Shown piece after piece: positions 15,642 through 23,550 of a DNA stretch of 32,000 nucleotides. A program made the position numbers and the translations under genes. Under the pieces are notes generated by a model, which saw only the letters and a program-made list of their open reading frames with translations, did no database searches and was not told where the DNA came from. The first letter of the stretch is position 1; each line of letters begins with the position of its first letter. Source of the DNA: Fidelibacter multiformis (GTDB taxonomy: Bacteria; Fidelibacterota; Fidelibacteria; Fidelibacterales; Fidelibacteraceae); assembly GCF_041154365.1 (NCBI RefSeq), contig NZ_AP035449.1; one strand, 5' to 3'.

Positions 15642-15993
15642 GGGGGTGTACAGGTTTCGACGGGATAGACCGGTTTATGCGATAGCGTGCCGAGGTGTTC
15701 AGGATTCCTCGTGAATCAACCTGAAAACAATCGTAATTGCAGACAATTACGCTTACGCTGCTTAAACAACATTAGGTAGCCGTCCGCCCGGGTTTGTTCG
15801 TGGGCCCGGACCGGGCGCCAATAACACGGACTCGTTCCTGGTATTGTCTGGGTACTAAGAACTAAACACTTTCAGACTGGCTGCCGGTGGTTTGTTTTTT
15901 GTCCTCCCGGCAGTAAGACTCAACAAAAAACTGCGCACGGAGAAATCGTGTAAGTCGCTATTTCGGACCCGGGTTCGATTCCCGGCACCTCCA
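15642..15993 (+). ncRNA. ssrA: Transfer-messenger RNA (tmRNA, SsrA)
   Basis: The 5' end reads GGGGGTGTACAGGTTTCGACGGG and the 3' end GGACCCGGGTTCGATTCCCGGCACCTCCA. The acceptor stem GGGGGUG/CACCUCC has a G3:U wobble. The T-arm is GGGTTCGATTCCC. The tag reading frame GCA GAC AAT TAC GCT TAC GCT GCT TAA (15739-15765) encodes ...ADNYAYAA-stop. CCA is not encoded. Confidence 0.95.
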
Positions 15994-16023
15994 CTTGTAA
16001 ATGTTTAGACGTTGTTTTGTTGG

Positions 16024-16438
16024 CAGTCGGCAGTTGACAGTTGTCAGTCATCAGTCGTCAGTCGGCAGTCGGCAGTCGGCAGTGGTGAGGGGATTGGGGA
16101 GATTGATTCGATTGGATAGATAGATTTGATTGAAACACCAGGAGCGACGCTAACTTCCAACTTCCAACTTCCAGATTTTGATTGCCTGCCCCGTGAAATG
16201 AGCGCAGCGTATTTCACAGGTGATTGATTGGATTGGGGGATTGGCACTTCGCTGCACGCAGTGTTATAGGATTCAAGCGGCACTTCGTGCCTTTCAATTG
16301 CTTCGCTGCGCTCAGCATTCAATCGCCTTCGGCGTTCAATGATTCCAGGCGTCGACATTTGAACGCTGCGCAGCAGCGTTTGAAAACCGCGAAGCGGCTA
16401 TTGAACCCATGAGCCCCTGAACCCATGAACCAACTATC
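16024..16438. repeat. Mosaic non-coding repeat region C (same module families as A and B), starting 30 nt after ssrA
   Basis: Order of modules. CAGTNNN x9 (16024-16086). GATTG nonamers x5 (16092-16136). ttgaaacaccaggagcgacgctaa plus NAACTTC x3 (16151-16171). CCCCGTGAAAT hairpin (16189-16222). A GATTG tract. A triloop hairpin array with TTCAA linkers: GGCAC-TTC-GTGCC (16279-16291) and CGCC-TTC-GGCG (16324-16334). The linkers then switch to TTGAA after GTCGAC (16351-16356): AACGCTGC-gca-GCAGCGTT (16362-16380) and CCGC-GAA-GCGG (16387-16397). Confidence 0.9.
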
Positions 16439-16640
16439 AGGAGCAAAGCGACGCTAAATTCCAACTTCCACCTTCTAACTTCTTAAATAGAATTGGCGAT
16501 TCATTTGATTTAGCACCAGGATTATAAGAGAGATGGAATATATGATTTCGCTTAGGTAACGCCCCCCACCCCGGGGGTAAAATACAGCGAAATGCGACTT
16601 AAAGCAAGATAATATTGATAATAATATATATGATGAATAA
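16439..16640 (+). repeat. Conserved composite module, copy 3 (full length: heptamers, TTCATT-17-TATAAG, mini-ORF, C/G hairpin, AT-rich tail)
   Basis: Aligns to 296-441 (9 differences) and to 612-735. TATAAG is at 16523-16528. The mini-ORF ATG GAA TAT ATG ATT TCG CTT AGG TAA spans 16533-16559. The module ends 5 nt from the stop of the convergent response regulator gene. Confidence 0.8.
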
Positions 16641-16644
16641 TTTT

Positions 16645-17028
16645 TTATAATTGTTCCGGGGCTTTACCAAAATAGAATTTGATAATGGGAGTGAGCAGAC
16701 TGACATCGACAGGTTTGCTAAAATATCCCAGCGGATTCAGTTTTTTTGCCTGTTCACTGAAATCCGACTGAGAGTAACCTGTCATAAAAATAACTGGGAT
16801 ATCCTGTTGTTTACGGATCTTTTCCATGGTGTGGATACCATCTATATCATCCTGTAAAGAGATGTCCATGAGTATCAAATCAGGTTTTTCCTCCTGGGAT
16901 TTTTGTATAGCTTTTTTACCACATGCCACACAACCGCAAACATCATACCCTTCCAGTTCCAATTCCAGACTAAGGTTGTAAGCAATAATTGCTTCATCTT
17001 CCACCAGCAAAATTCGAATCTTTTTCAT
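16645..17028 (-). CDS. Stand-alone response regulator receiver domain (CheY-like)
   Basis: 127 aa. ILLVEDE acidic pocket, phospho-acceptor context DLILMDISL, T in IFMTGY and K in YFSKP. No output domain. Confidence 0.9.
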   Translation of the reverse strand: MKKIRILLVEDEAIIAYNLSLELELEGYDVCGCVACGKKAIQKSQEEKPDLILMDISLQDDIDGIHTMEKIRKQQDIPVIFMTGYSQSDFSEQAKKLNPLGYFSKPVDVSLLTPIIKFYFGKAPEQL

Positions 17029-17098
17029 TCTTTACAAATCCCCCATCCCATATAAATTCGTAACATTAATGAGAAAGTTTTTCATGTTCATTCCGGGT

Positions 17099-17374
17099 TT
17101 ATAATTTCATTAAAAATAGAGCTAAGTCTTCGTGGCGTTTCAACGGCATTTTTTTCCTCAGACGATAACGGGTGGTTTCCACCGCCCGAAGCGTACGACC
17201 TGAGATTTCAGCAATCTGACGGGTTGTATATCCGGCTCTCAGAAAACAACAGACCCTGAATTCTGCTGTTTTTAAGTTGGGGAAAGACTTGGATAAATGC
17301 CGGATAAAATCTTCATGACGGCTGTTAAACCTCTCAAAAAAATCAGGCCACGAATCGTTATTTACGGGTTCCAT
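17099..17374 (-). CDS. Small LuxR-type helix-turn-helix protein, paralogous to the C-terminus of the adjacent TPR sensor
   Basis: 91 aa. WPDFFERF...FIRHL...FPNLKTAEFRVCCFLRAGYTTRQIAEISGRTLRAVETTRYRLRKKM aligns with residues ~520-604 of the 604-aa neighbour (WRQFETRF...FFQHL...NPALTSQDIKICAYHRMNLDTKEIASLCYLTVRAVQTSRYRLRKKL). Confidence 0.8.
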   Translation of the reverse strand: MEPVNNDSWPDFFERFNSRHEDFIRHLSKSFPNLKTAEFRVCCFLRAGYTTRQIAEISGRTLRAVETTRYRLRKKMPLKRHEDLALFLMKL

Positions 17375-17457
17375 ATAAAAAAATAGTGGGGAAATCGCTG
17401 AAAATTGCTACTACAAAACTACGCAAACAGGTATAAAACAAGAACGATGACAATTCC

Positions 17458-19272
17458 TTAGATTTGATTGATAAACTCCTGAAAACTCATTTCTTCTGGA
17501 ATTTCAAGTTTTTTACGCAACCGGTATCGGCTGGTTTGAACTGCCCGGACGGTAAGATAACAAAGTGATGCAATTTCCTTGGTGTCCAGGTTCATCCGGT
17601 GGTAAGCACAGATTTTTATATCCTGAGAGGTCAGAGCAGGATTGATGGCTGTTAAATGTTGAAAAAAGCCCGGGAAAATCTGAGTAAAACGGGTTTCAAA
17701 TTGTCTCCAGGCCTGGCCTCCCTGTAGTGAGCGATCAATGGCATGGACAGCTCGCCGAAGCATTCCACCAGAATTACCACTATCACTACCCGTCAGTTCC
17801 TGTAAATCAGACTTCAGCTTTTCAAGAAAACTTTTCTGTTGTTGTATGAGAGTCGCCTGGCAGATTAGCTCCCGATTTGCCTGATCTTGTTTGATTTTCT
17901 CAAGTTGTAATTGCTGTACATGAATTTTTTCCTTCTGATTCAATATTTTTTGGTGTGTTTTTTTTCTATTATGATATCTGGCGATCAACAACCATAGCAT
18001 TGCCAGAAACAGCAGGCTGATAAAAAATGCCCCATTTCGCCAAATGTGTGCTTTCTCAAGTTCCAGTTTTTTTATGTATAATTTATGTTGATACTCTTGA
18101 AGCAGGTTTTGGATATCAACTCGTTGAATTTGTGCAGAGACTTCCGACTCATAGCGCTTTTCCATAAGTTGATTCAGAAAATGTTGATGCCGGATCAGTA
18201 ATTCCTTCTCACCTGTCAATTTATAGTGTTCAATCAATCTTTTTTCGATTTGGATCTGATGATGTATCATCCCTTCTTTTTCAAATAATTCCCGGGCCTG
18301 ATCTAAAACAAGTAATGCAGAATTATCATCATGCATATCAAAATATAAATCAGACATTGTCAGATAAAGGTCCGACAGGTAAAAGAGATTTGTGTTCTGG
18401 ATAAAATCCGCTTCTGCCTGTTTCAAATATTGGATGGCTGTCAATGTATCGCCCTGTTCCAATAGCACGGAAGCGGCTTTTTCTCGTATGAGACCGATAA
18501 GATTGTCTTCCGGATCGGTTACCGTCACATTCAGGGTTTTATTGTAGTAGACCAGAGCTGAATCTCTTTGTCCCATAGCACGATATAGATCGCCGATATA
18601 TTTATAACTGTGAGCCAGCAAATAAGGAATGTCAAGTTTTTCGTGTGCAATATGAAGCGCATCCAAAAATAATTGATGTGCTTCATGATAATTTCCTAAT
18701 GCTTTTTCAATAAGAGCCAGATTGTTGATGGAAGTGTAAACACCTGCCCAATTATTTTCTTTGTGAAATAGATTTTTGGCGACTTGATATTTTTCGGCAG
18801 CAGGTTCAAATTGATTTTGATGATAATAAAGATTGCCGATATCGATATTCAGATATCCGGTCTTTGGACCCATGCCCGATTCCTCCAACAATCTGGCGGC
18901 ATCCAGATAAAAAGCCAATGCCTGCATAGGAAAACCCTGTTTATCCAGTAGATATCCCATATGCAGAGTGGTAAATGCACGTATTGTATCAGGAATTTCA
19001 TCAGGTGTAAGGTCGAGAATCTCCAGGCCTATTTGTATTGCTTTTAGTGGATTGGATTTGAGATGTGCTGTAAGCGAATCATGCATCCATACACCGGCAG
19101 GTATGTTGGAATGGGTCCGATTGGCTTGTATGGGCCTTGTTGAAAAAAGCAGACAAATTCCCAGAATTATCAGGAGGTGTGAACACATATATAGGGTACG
19201 GTTTGTTGCCATATGTGTTATTGCTTTTTCCAGGTATCGTTCATTTTTGAATATAAGGAAGTCTCCAGTCAT
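17458..19272 (-). CDS. TPR-repeat / transmembrane / LuxR-type HTH one-component sensor-regulator
   Basis: 604-aa ORF. An N-terminal hydrophobic segment (HLLIILGICLLFSTRPIQA) is followed by multiple TPR-like repeats (residues ~100-330), then a coiled-coil region. A TM helix GAFFISLLFLAMLWLLIARY follows, then a second coiled coil and a C-terminal LuxR-type HTH. The true start may be an internal Met (residue 21 or 29). Confidence 0.8.
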   Translation of the reverse strand: MTGDFLIFKNERYLEKAITHMATNRTLYMCSHLLIILGICLLFSTRPIQANRTHSNIPAGVWMHDSLTAHLKSNPLKAIQIGLEILDLTPDEIPDTIRAFTTLHMGYLLDKQGFPMQALAFYLDAARLLEESGMGPKTGYLNIDIGNLYYHQNQFEPAAEKYQVAKNLFHKENNWAGVYTSINNLALIEKALGNYHEAHQLFLDALHIAHEKLDIPYLLAHSYKYIGDLYRAMGQRDSALVYYNKTLNVTVTDPEDNLIGLIREKAASVLLEQGDTLTAIQYLKQAEADFIQNTNLFYLSDLYLTMSDLYFDMHDDNSALLVLDQARELFEKEGMIHHQIQIEKRLIEHYKLTGEKELLIRHQHFLNQLMEKRYESEVSAQIQRVDIQNLLQEYQHKLYIKKLELEKAHIWRNGAFFISLLFLAMLWLLIARYHNRKKTHQKILNQKEKIHVQQLQLEKIKQDQANRELICQATLIQQQKSFLEKLKSDLQELTGSDSGNSGGMLRRAVHAIDRSLQGGQAWRQFETRFTQIFPGFFQHLTAINPALTSQDIKICAYHRMNLDTKEIASLCYLTVRAVQTSRYRLRKKLEIPEEMSFQEFINQI

Positions 19273-19491
19273 TATAGATTTTTTTCAGAAATACGAGGTT
19301 TTTTACATTGCAGACACATCAAAGTGATATCTTAATCAGAAAATCTTCGGATTAATACAGGATATACACATGAATAATGGTTAAATTTTTCTTATACTTT
19401 AACCAACAAATAAGGTGAGATATGAAAAAAAGTATACGACATAAGTCTCCTTTTTACATCCATAATACTCCTTCTTTCATGTTCACAGGAA

Positions 19492-21531
19492 ATGATGGAC
19501 CCGCCGGTTGCTCCGAGAATTGAAAAAAAGATTGAAGCTTTCGGAGATATTCGGGTGGATCATTATGACTGGCTGAAAGATAAACAGAATCCGGAGGTTA
19601 TCCGATATCTGGAGGCGGAAAACGATTATGCAGACTTTATCCTGAAAAACACCCGTAAGTTGCAGAAAAAACTGTACCGGGAAATGATCGGACGGATACA
19701 GGAAACAGATATGTCCGTCCCTGTGAAACACGATGATTACTTTTATTACAGCCGGACGGAAAAAGGGAAACAATACAGCATCTATTGCCGGAAAAAAGGA
19801 TCCTTGGACCATAAAGAAGAGATCTATTTTGATGCCAATACACAGGCTGAGCATAGTGATTTTTATTCCTTGGGACTTCTAAGTGTGTCCTCCAACCATC
19901 AGATCCTTGCCTATGCCGAAGACCGGAATGGCTCGGAAGTATATACCCTGCGTTTTAAAAATCTTGAAAAGGATTCCCTCTATCCGGAAGTCATCGACAG
20001 TGTGGCCGGCGGGGTATGGGCAAATGACAACAAGACCTTTTTTTATTCAACCATTGATTATACCTACCGCCCATGGCGGGTTTACCGGCATGTTCTGGGA
20101 ACTCCCGCTTCAGAGGATGTCCTGGTGTATGAAGACCCGGACATGGCCTACTATGTGGATGTGGACCGTTCAAAGGACAGGCAGTACATCTTTATTACAT
20201 CCGCAAGCAAGATCACAACAGAAGTCCATTACCTGAAAACCAGCGATCCTGAAAAGGATTTCACCCTTTTTGCACCCCGGGAGAAGGGAAAGGAATACAG
20301 CCTGGAACATCGGGACGGATTTTTCTATATCCTGACCAACCTGAATGATCAGAAAAATTTTATCATCCTCCGTCAGCCGGTTTCAGCACCGGCCTTTACA
20401 CAGACCGTCACAGTGTATGAACACAATCCGGAGGTTAAAATCACCGGTTTGGATATGTTTGAAGATTATCTTGCCGTCTACAAAACCGGAAATGCCCGGG
20501 CCATGATTGATGTGTATACTTTTGGGGATAAAGAAGCCCATACCATTTCCTTTCCGGAAGAAACGTATACCGCCCGGGGGACCGGCAATCCGGAATATAC
20601 ATCGGACGTTTTGAGAATTTACTATACCTCACTTCTTACCCCCGAGACGGTTTATGAATATAATATGAAAACCCGGGAACTCTCCCTGCTGAAACAAAAA
20701 GAAGTCCGCGGCGGTTGGGACCGTCACGATTATACCACGGACCTCTTATGGGTCACAGCCCGTGACGGGGCGAAAATCCCGGTGTCGATGCTCTACCCGA
20801 AAGGATTTAAAAAAGATGGGACTCAGCCTGTGTTTCTTTATGGATACGGAGCATACGGTATTGCCATGACACCCTATTTTTCCTATGCCCGCTGGAGTCT
20901 GGTGGACCGGGGATTTGCCTATGCCGTCGCCCATATAAGGGGTGGCGGAGCCAAGGGTGAATACTGGTATGAAGACGGGAAATGGCTGAAGAAAAAAAAT
21001 ACCTTTACGGATTTTATTGATGTGGTTGAATATCTTATCCAGGAAGGTTACACGACACCTGAAAAACTGGCCATAGGTGGCGGGAGCGCCGGCGGTCTTC
21101 TCATGGGAGCTGTCGTAAATATGCGCCCGGATCTCTTTGGGGTTGTGGTGGCCAGCGTTCCCTTTGTGGATGTCCTCAATACCATGTCGGATCCCGATTT
21201 ACCCCTGACCGTCACCGAATATGACGAATGGGGGAATCCGGGCATCGAAACCTATTACCGGTACATCAAAAGTTATTGTCCCTATACCAATGTGAAAGCA
21301 CAGGACTATCCTCCCATGATGATTACAGCGGGGCTGAATGATCCCCGGGTTTCCTATGCCGAGCCGGCCAAATGGACCGCCAAACTCCGTGCCCTGAAAA
21401 CAGATCATCATCCCCTGATTTTAAGAACCAATATGGGGGCCGGACACGGGGGAGCATCGGGCCGTTATGATGCCTATAAGGAAATTGCTGAGGAATATGG
21501 GTTTGTTTTGGGAATCATTAAAGGAGAATGA
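19492..21531 (+). CDS. ptrB: Oligopeptidase B / prolyl oligopeptidase family S9A serine peptidase (start as in the ORF track; see the A7 frameshift finding)
   Basis: 679 aa. N-terminal PPVAPRIEKKIEAFGDIRVDHYDWLKDK beta-propeller domain. Catalytic Ser in GGSAGGLLMG, with Asp (GLNDPRV) and His (GAGHGG) near the C-terminus. Upstream in the same frame, codons 19426-19491 encode KKVYDISLLFTSIILLLSCSQE, a lipoprotein signal, but contain no in-frame start codon. Confidence 0.9.
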   Translation: MMDPPVAPRIEKKIEAFGDIRVDHYDWLKDKQNPEVIRYLEAENDYADFILKNTRKLQKKLYREMIGRIQETDMSVPVKHDDYFYYSRTEKGKQYSIYCRKKGSLDHKEEIYFDANTQAEHSDFYSLGLLSVSSNHQILAYAEDRNGSEVYTLRFKNLEKDSLYPEVIDSVAGGVWANDNKTFFYSTIDYTYRPWRVYRHVLGTPASEDVLVYEDPDMAYYVDVDRSKDRQYIFITSASKITTEVHYLKTSDPEKDFTLFAPREKGKEYSLEHRDGFFYILTNLNDQKNFIILRQPVSAPAFTQTVTVYEHNPEVKITGLDMFEDYLAVYKTGNARAMIDVYTFGDKEAHTISFPEETYTARGTGNPEYTSDVLRIYYTSLLTPETVYEYNMKTRELSLLKQKEVRGGWDRHDYTTDLLWVTARDGAKIPVSMLYPKGFKKDGTQPVFLYGYGAYGIAMTPYFSYARWSLVDRGFAYAVAHIRGGGAKGEYWYEDGKWLKKKNTFTDFIDVVEYLIQEGYTTPEKLAIGGGSAGGLLMGAVVNMRPDLFGVVVASVPFVDVLNTMSDPDLPLTVTEYDEWGNPGIETYYRYIKSYCPYTNVKAQDYPPMMITAGLNDPRVSYAEPAKWTAKLRALKTDHHPLILRTNMGAGHGGASGRYDAYKEIAEEYGFVLGIIKGE

Positions 21532-21572
21532 AGAATGAAGAATGAAGAATGATGAATGATGAATGATGAATT
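21524..21572 (+). repeat. Heptamer tandem repeat (A/G)(A/T)GAATG x7 spanning the ptrB stop codon
   Basis: The units are gagaatg aagaatg aagaatg aagaatg atgaatg atgaatg atgaatt. The ptrB TGA stop (21529-21531) lies in unit 1. The repeat supplies several ATG and TGA triplets in all frames. Confidence 0.9.
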
Positions 21573-21600
21573 GGGTGCAGAGGCTCATATAAGGAAGAAT

Positions 21601-22617
21601 ATGAAATTATTGATTACAGGAACGGCCGGTTTTATTGGATTTCACCTGACACGGCGCCTTCTGGCCGAAGGTCATGATATCACCGGCCTGGATAACCTGA
21701 ACGAGTATTACGATGTCAACCTGAAATTTGCCCGGTTGAAGAAATTGGGAATCGACCTGTCTTCGAAACAAAAGAGTTCTGAATCCTTTTCTGTTCAGGC
21801 GGGCCGGCTGCATTTTATTCGGGCCGATCTGACGGACAAAGAAAAACTTCTCTCCCTTTTCAGGGATACATCCTTTGACCATGTAATCCATCTGGCTGCC
21901 CAGGCGGGAGTCCGGTACAGTCTGGATCACCCTCAAACCTATGTGGACAGCAATGTAACAGGTTTTTTGAATATTCTGGAAGCCTGTCGGCGCTATCCCG
22001 TATCACATCTGATATATGCCAGTTCATCCAGTGTGTATGGGTTAAATACAGATTTTCCCTATTCAGAAGAGGACCGGACCGATCAACCTGCCAGTTTGTA
22101 TGCCTCCACGAAAAAGGCCGATGAAATGCTGGCCCATGCCTACAGCCATTTGTTTTCCATTCCCGTTACAGGACTCCGATTTTTTACCGTCTATGGTCCA
22201 TGGGGACGACCGGATATGGCCTTTTTTAAATTTACCGATGCCATTTTGCACCAAAAACCTATTGACGTGTATAATCACGGCAAAATGGCCCGGGATTTTA
22301 CTTACATCGACGATATTCTTGAAGGAATTCTTGGAGTCATGAAAGGGGATGCTCCCCGGGGAAATCCTCCGTGTGACCTTTATAATATCGGCCTTGGAAA
22401 TCCCGTCAATCTCATGGACTTTATTCGGGCCATCGAATCTGCCTGCGGGAAAAAAGCAGAAATCCGCTACCAAAATATGCAACCAGGAGATGTCCTTAAA
22501 ACCCATGCGGACATATCCGCCCTTCAAACCTTATGTGGTTATCACCCGAAAACAGATATCCAAACCGGAATGAAACATTTTGTGGAATGGTATAAAAGCT
22601 ATTACCACTTATCATAA
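21601..22617 (+). CDS. NAD-dependent nucleotide-sugar epimerase (UDP-glucuronate 4-epimerase-like, extended SDR)
   Basis: 338 aa from the ATG at 21601, with SD AAGGAAG 6 nt upstream. MKLLITGTAGFIGFHL Rossmann motif and the YxxxK catalytic motif in LYASTKKADE. The track ORF starts at 21556 inside the heptamer repeat, which is judged less likely. Confidence 0.88.
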   Translation: MKLLITGTAGFIGFHLTRRLLAEGHDITGLDNLNEYYDVNLKFARLKKLGIDLSSKQKSSESFSVQAGRLHFIRADLTDKEKLLSLFRDTSFDHVIHLAAQAGVRYSLDHPQTYVDSNVTGFLNILEACRRYPVSHLIYASSSSVYGLNTDFPYSEEDRTDQPASLYASTKKADEMLAHAYSHLFSIPVTGLRFFTVYGPWGRPDMAFFKFTDAILHQKPIDVYNHGKMARDFTYIDDILEGILGVMKGDAPRGNPPCDLYNIGLGNPVNLMDFIRAIESACGKKAEIRYQNMQPGDVLKTHADISALQTLCGYHPKTDIQTGMKHFVEWYKSYYHLS

Positions 22618-22652
22618 AAGAGTTAAAAAAAATTCACAAGTGGGTGGATATT

Positions 22653-22802
22653 CTAACGGGCAAGGTATTCTGTATAAATATAAAGCGAAGCTGCAAAAAT
22701 CAAAGCCAGTACAAAAGCCCTGATAATGCCTGCCTTTAAGTCTTCGAAGTACCGGTTTTTTTCTTTCATTTCACTTGCATCCATGACTCGATGAAACCTC
22801 AT
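22653..22802 (-). CDS. Hypothetical 49-aa tail-anchored small membrane protein (weak prediction)
   Basis: MRFHRVMDASEMKEKNRYFEDLKAGIIRAFVLALIFAASLYIYTEYLAR. One C-terminal hydrophobic helix. It lies 82 nt downstream of the last carotenoid gene on the same strand. It falls below the ORF-track length cut-off, and there is no homology evidence. Confidence 0.2.
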   Translation of the reverse strand: MRFHRVMDASEMKEKNRYFEDLKAGIIRAFVLALIFAASLYIYTEYLAR

Positions 22803-22884
22803 AGTTTTTTGTATACAGAATATACGGTGCTTACGCCGTAGATAATGTGATATCTGTCAAATTCATGCAAAGGGTATTTTGTCT

Positions 22885-23550
22885 TCAGGCAAGATTTACC
22901 AGAACAAAATAGAGAAACTGGGCAATAAAGATATGCATGGGAATTAATTGCCGATCTTTAACAGGCGGGAAATACCGTAGGAAAGGAAAGGAGAAAATAA
23001 AACCGAAGGCAAACCATGCCACATAATTTTGCCAGGGGATGGTATAGTTCTGCCAGTACCAGAATCCTAAAGCCCGGGCCGCCGGTTCCATCACACCGTC
23101 AAATCCGGTCATCAATAGTGCGGCAAAAAGTGATCTGAAACCCCAGGCATAACGGGAAAGATACAGGTTTGCAATCTGGACGGCACCAAAAACCAGGTTG
23201 AGCCAGCTAAAGCCGATCACCAAAGGAACGCCGAAAATCTGCGGAGAAAGGGCATTGGTATAGGCATAATGTCCGAAAAGGATTCCGGTTTTTTCACCCA
23301 CAATTTCCAATACCAGGGCGGTTATAAAAATTAAACCGGTCCAGATGAAAAAAATATTCAGTAGGGGTGTTTCCCGATAAAGAGAGATAAAATAAATCAG
23401 ATTAATGGAAAAGAGGAGGACCAGAAGTGGAACGTACAGTATTTGGCTGGTTTTGTGAAAAAGTCCTGCCAGGTGCCAGATCCCTCCAAAGATCATCACC
23501 GCGTATATGAGGATCATGAGTCCGTATGTTTGGAAAAATTGTTTCTTCAT
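22885..23550 (-). CDS. cruF: Carotenoid biosynthesis membrane protein, CruF-like (DUF422 family; carotenoid 1',2'-hydratase type)
   Basis: 221 aa, polytopic. The segments GEKTGILFGHYAYT, GVPLVIGFSW and MEPAARALGFWYW resemble the CruF/DUF422 family as I recall it. ATGA overlap with the upstream GT2 gene. Confidence 0.7.
   Translation of the reverse strand: MKKQFFQTYGLMILIYAVMIFGGIWHLAGLFHKTSQILYVPLLVLLFSINLIYFISLYRETPLLNIFFIWTGLIFITALVLEIVGEKTGILFGHYAYTNALSPQIFGVPLVIGFSWLNLVFGAVQIANLYLSRYAWGFRSLFAALLMTGFDGVMEPAARALGFWYWQNYTIPWQNYVAWFAFGFIFSFPFLRYFPPVKDRQLIPMHIFIAQFLYFVLVNLA

Noticed and set aside
21556-21600. Epimerase start at 21556 as in the ORF track
   Set aside because: That ATG lies inside the heptamer repeat and has no SD. 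The ATG at 21601 has AAGGAAG at optimal spacing and gives the usual MKLLITGxxGFIG N-terminus.
22618-22884. A regulatory RNA or terminator in the gap between the epimerase gene and cruF
   Set aside because: The only structure is a weak 5-bp hairpin (TACGG...CCGTA, near 22825-22842) without a U-tract on either strand. The one candidate is the 49-aa ORF, which is listed with low confidence.
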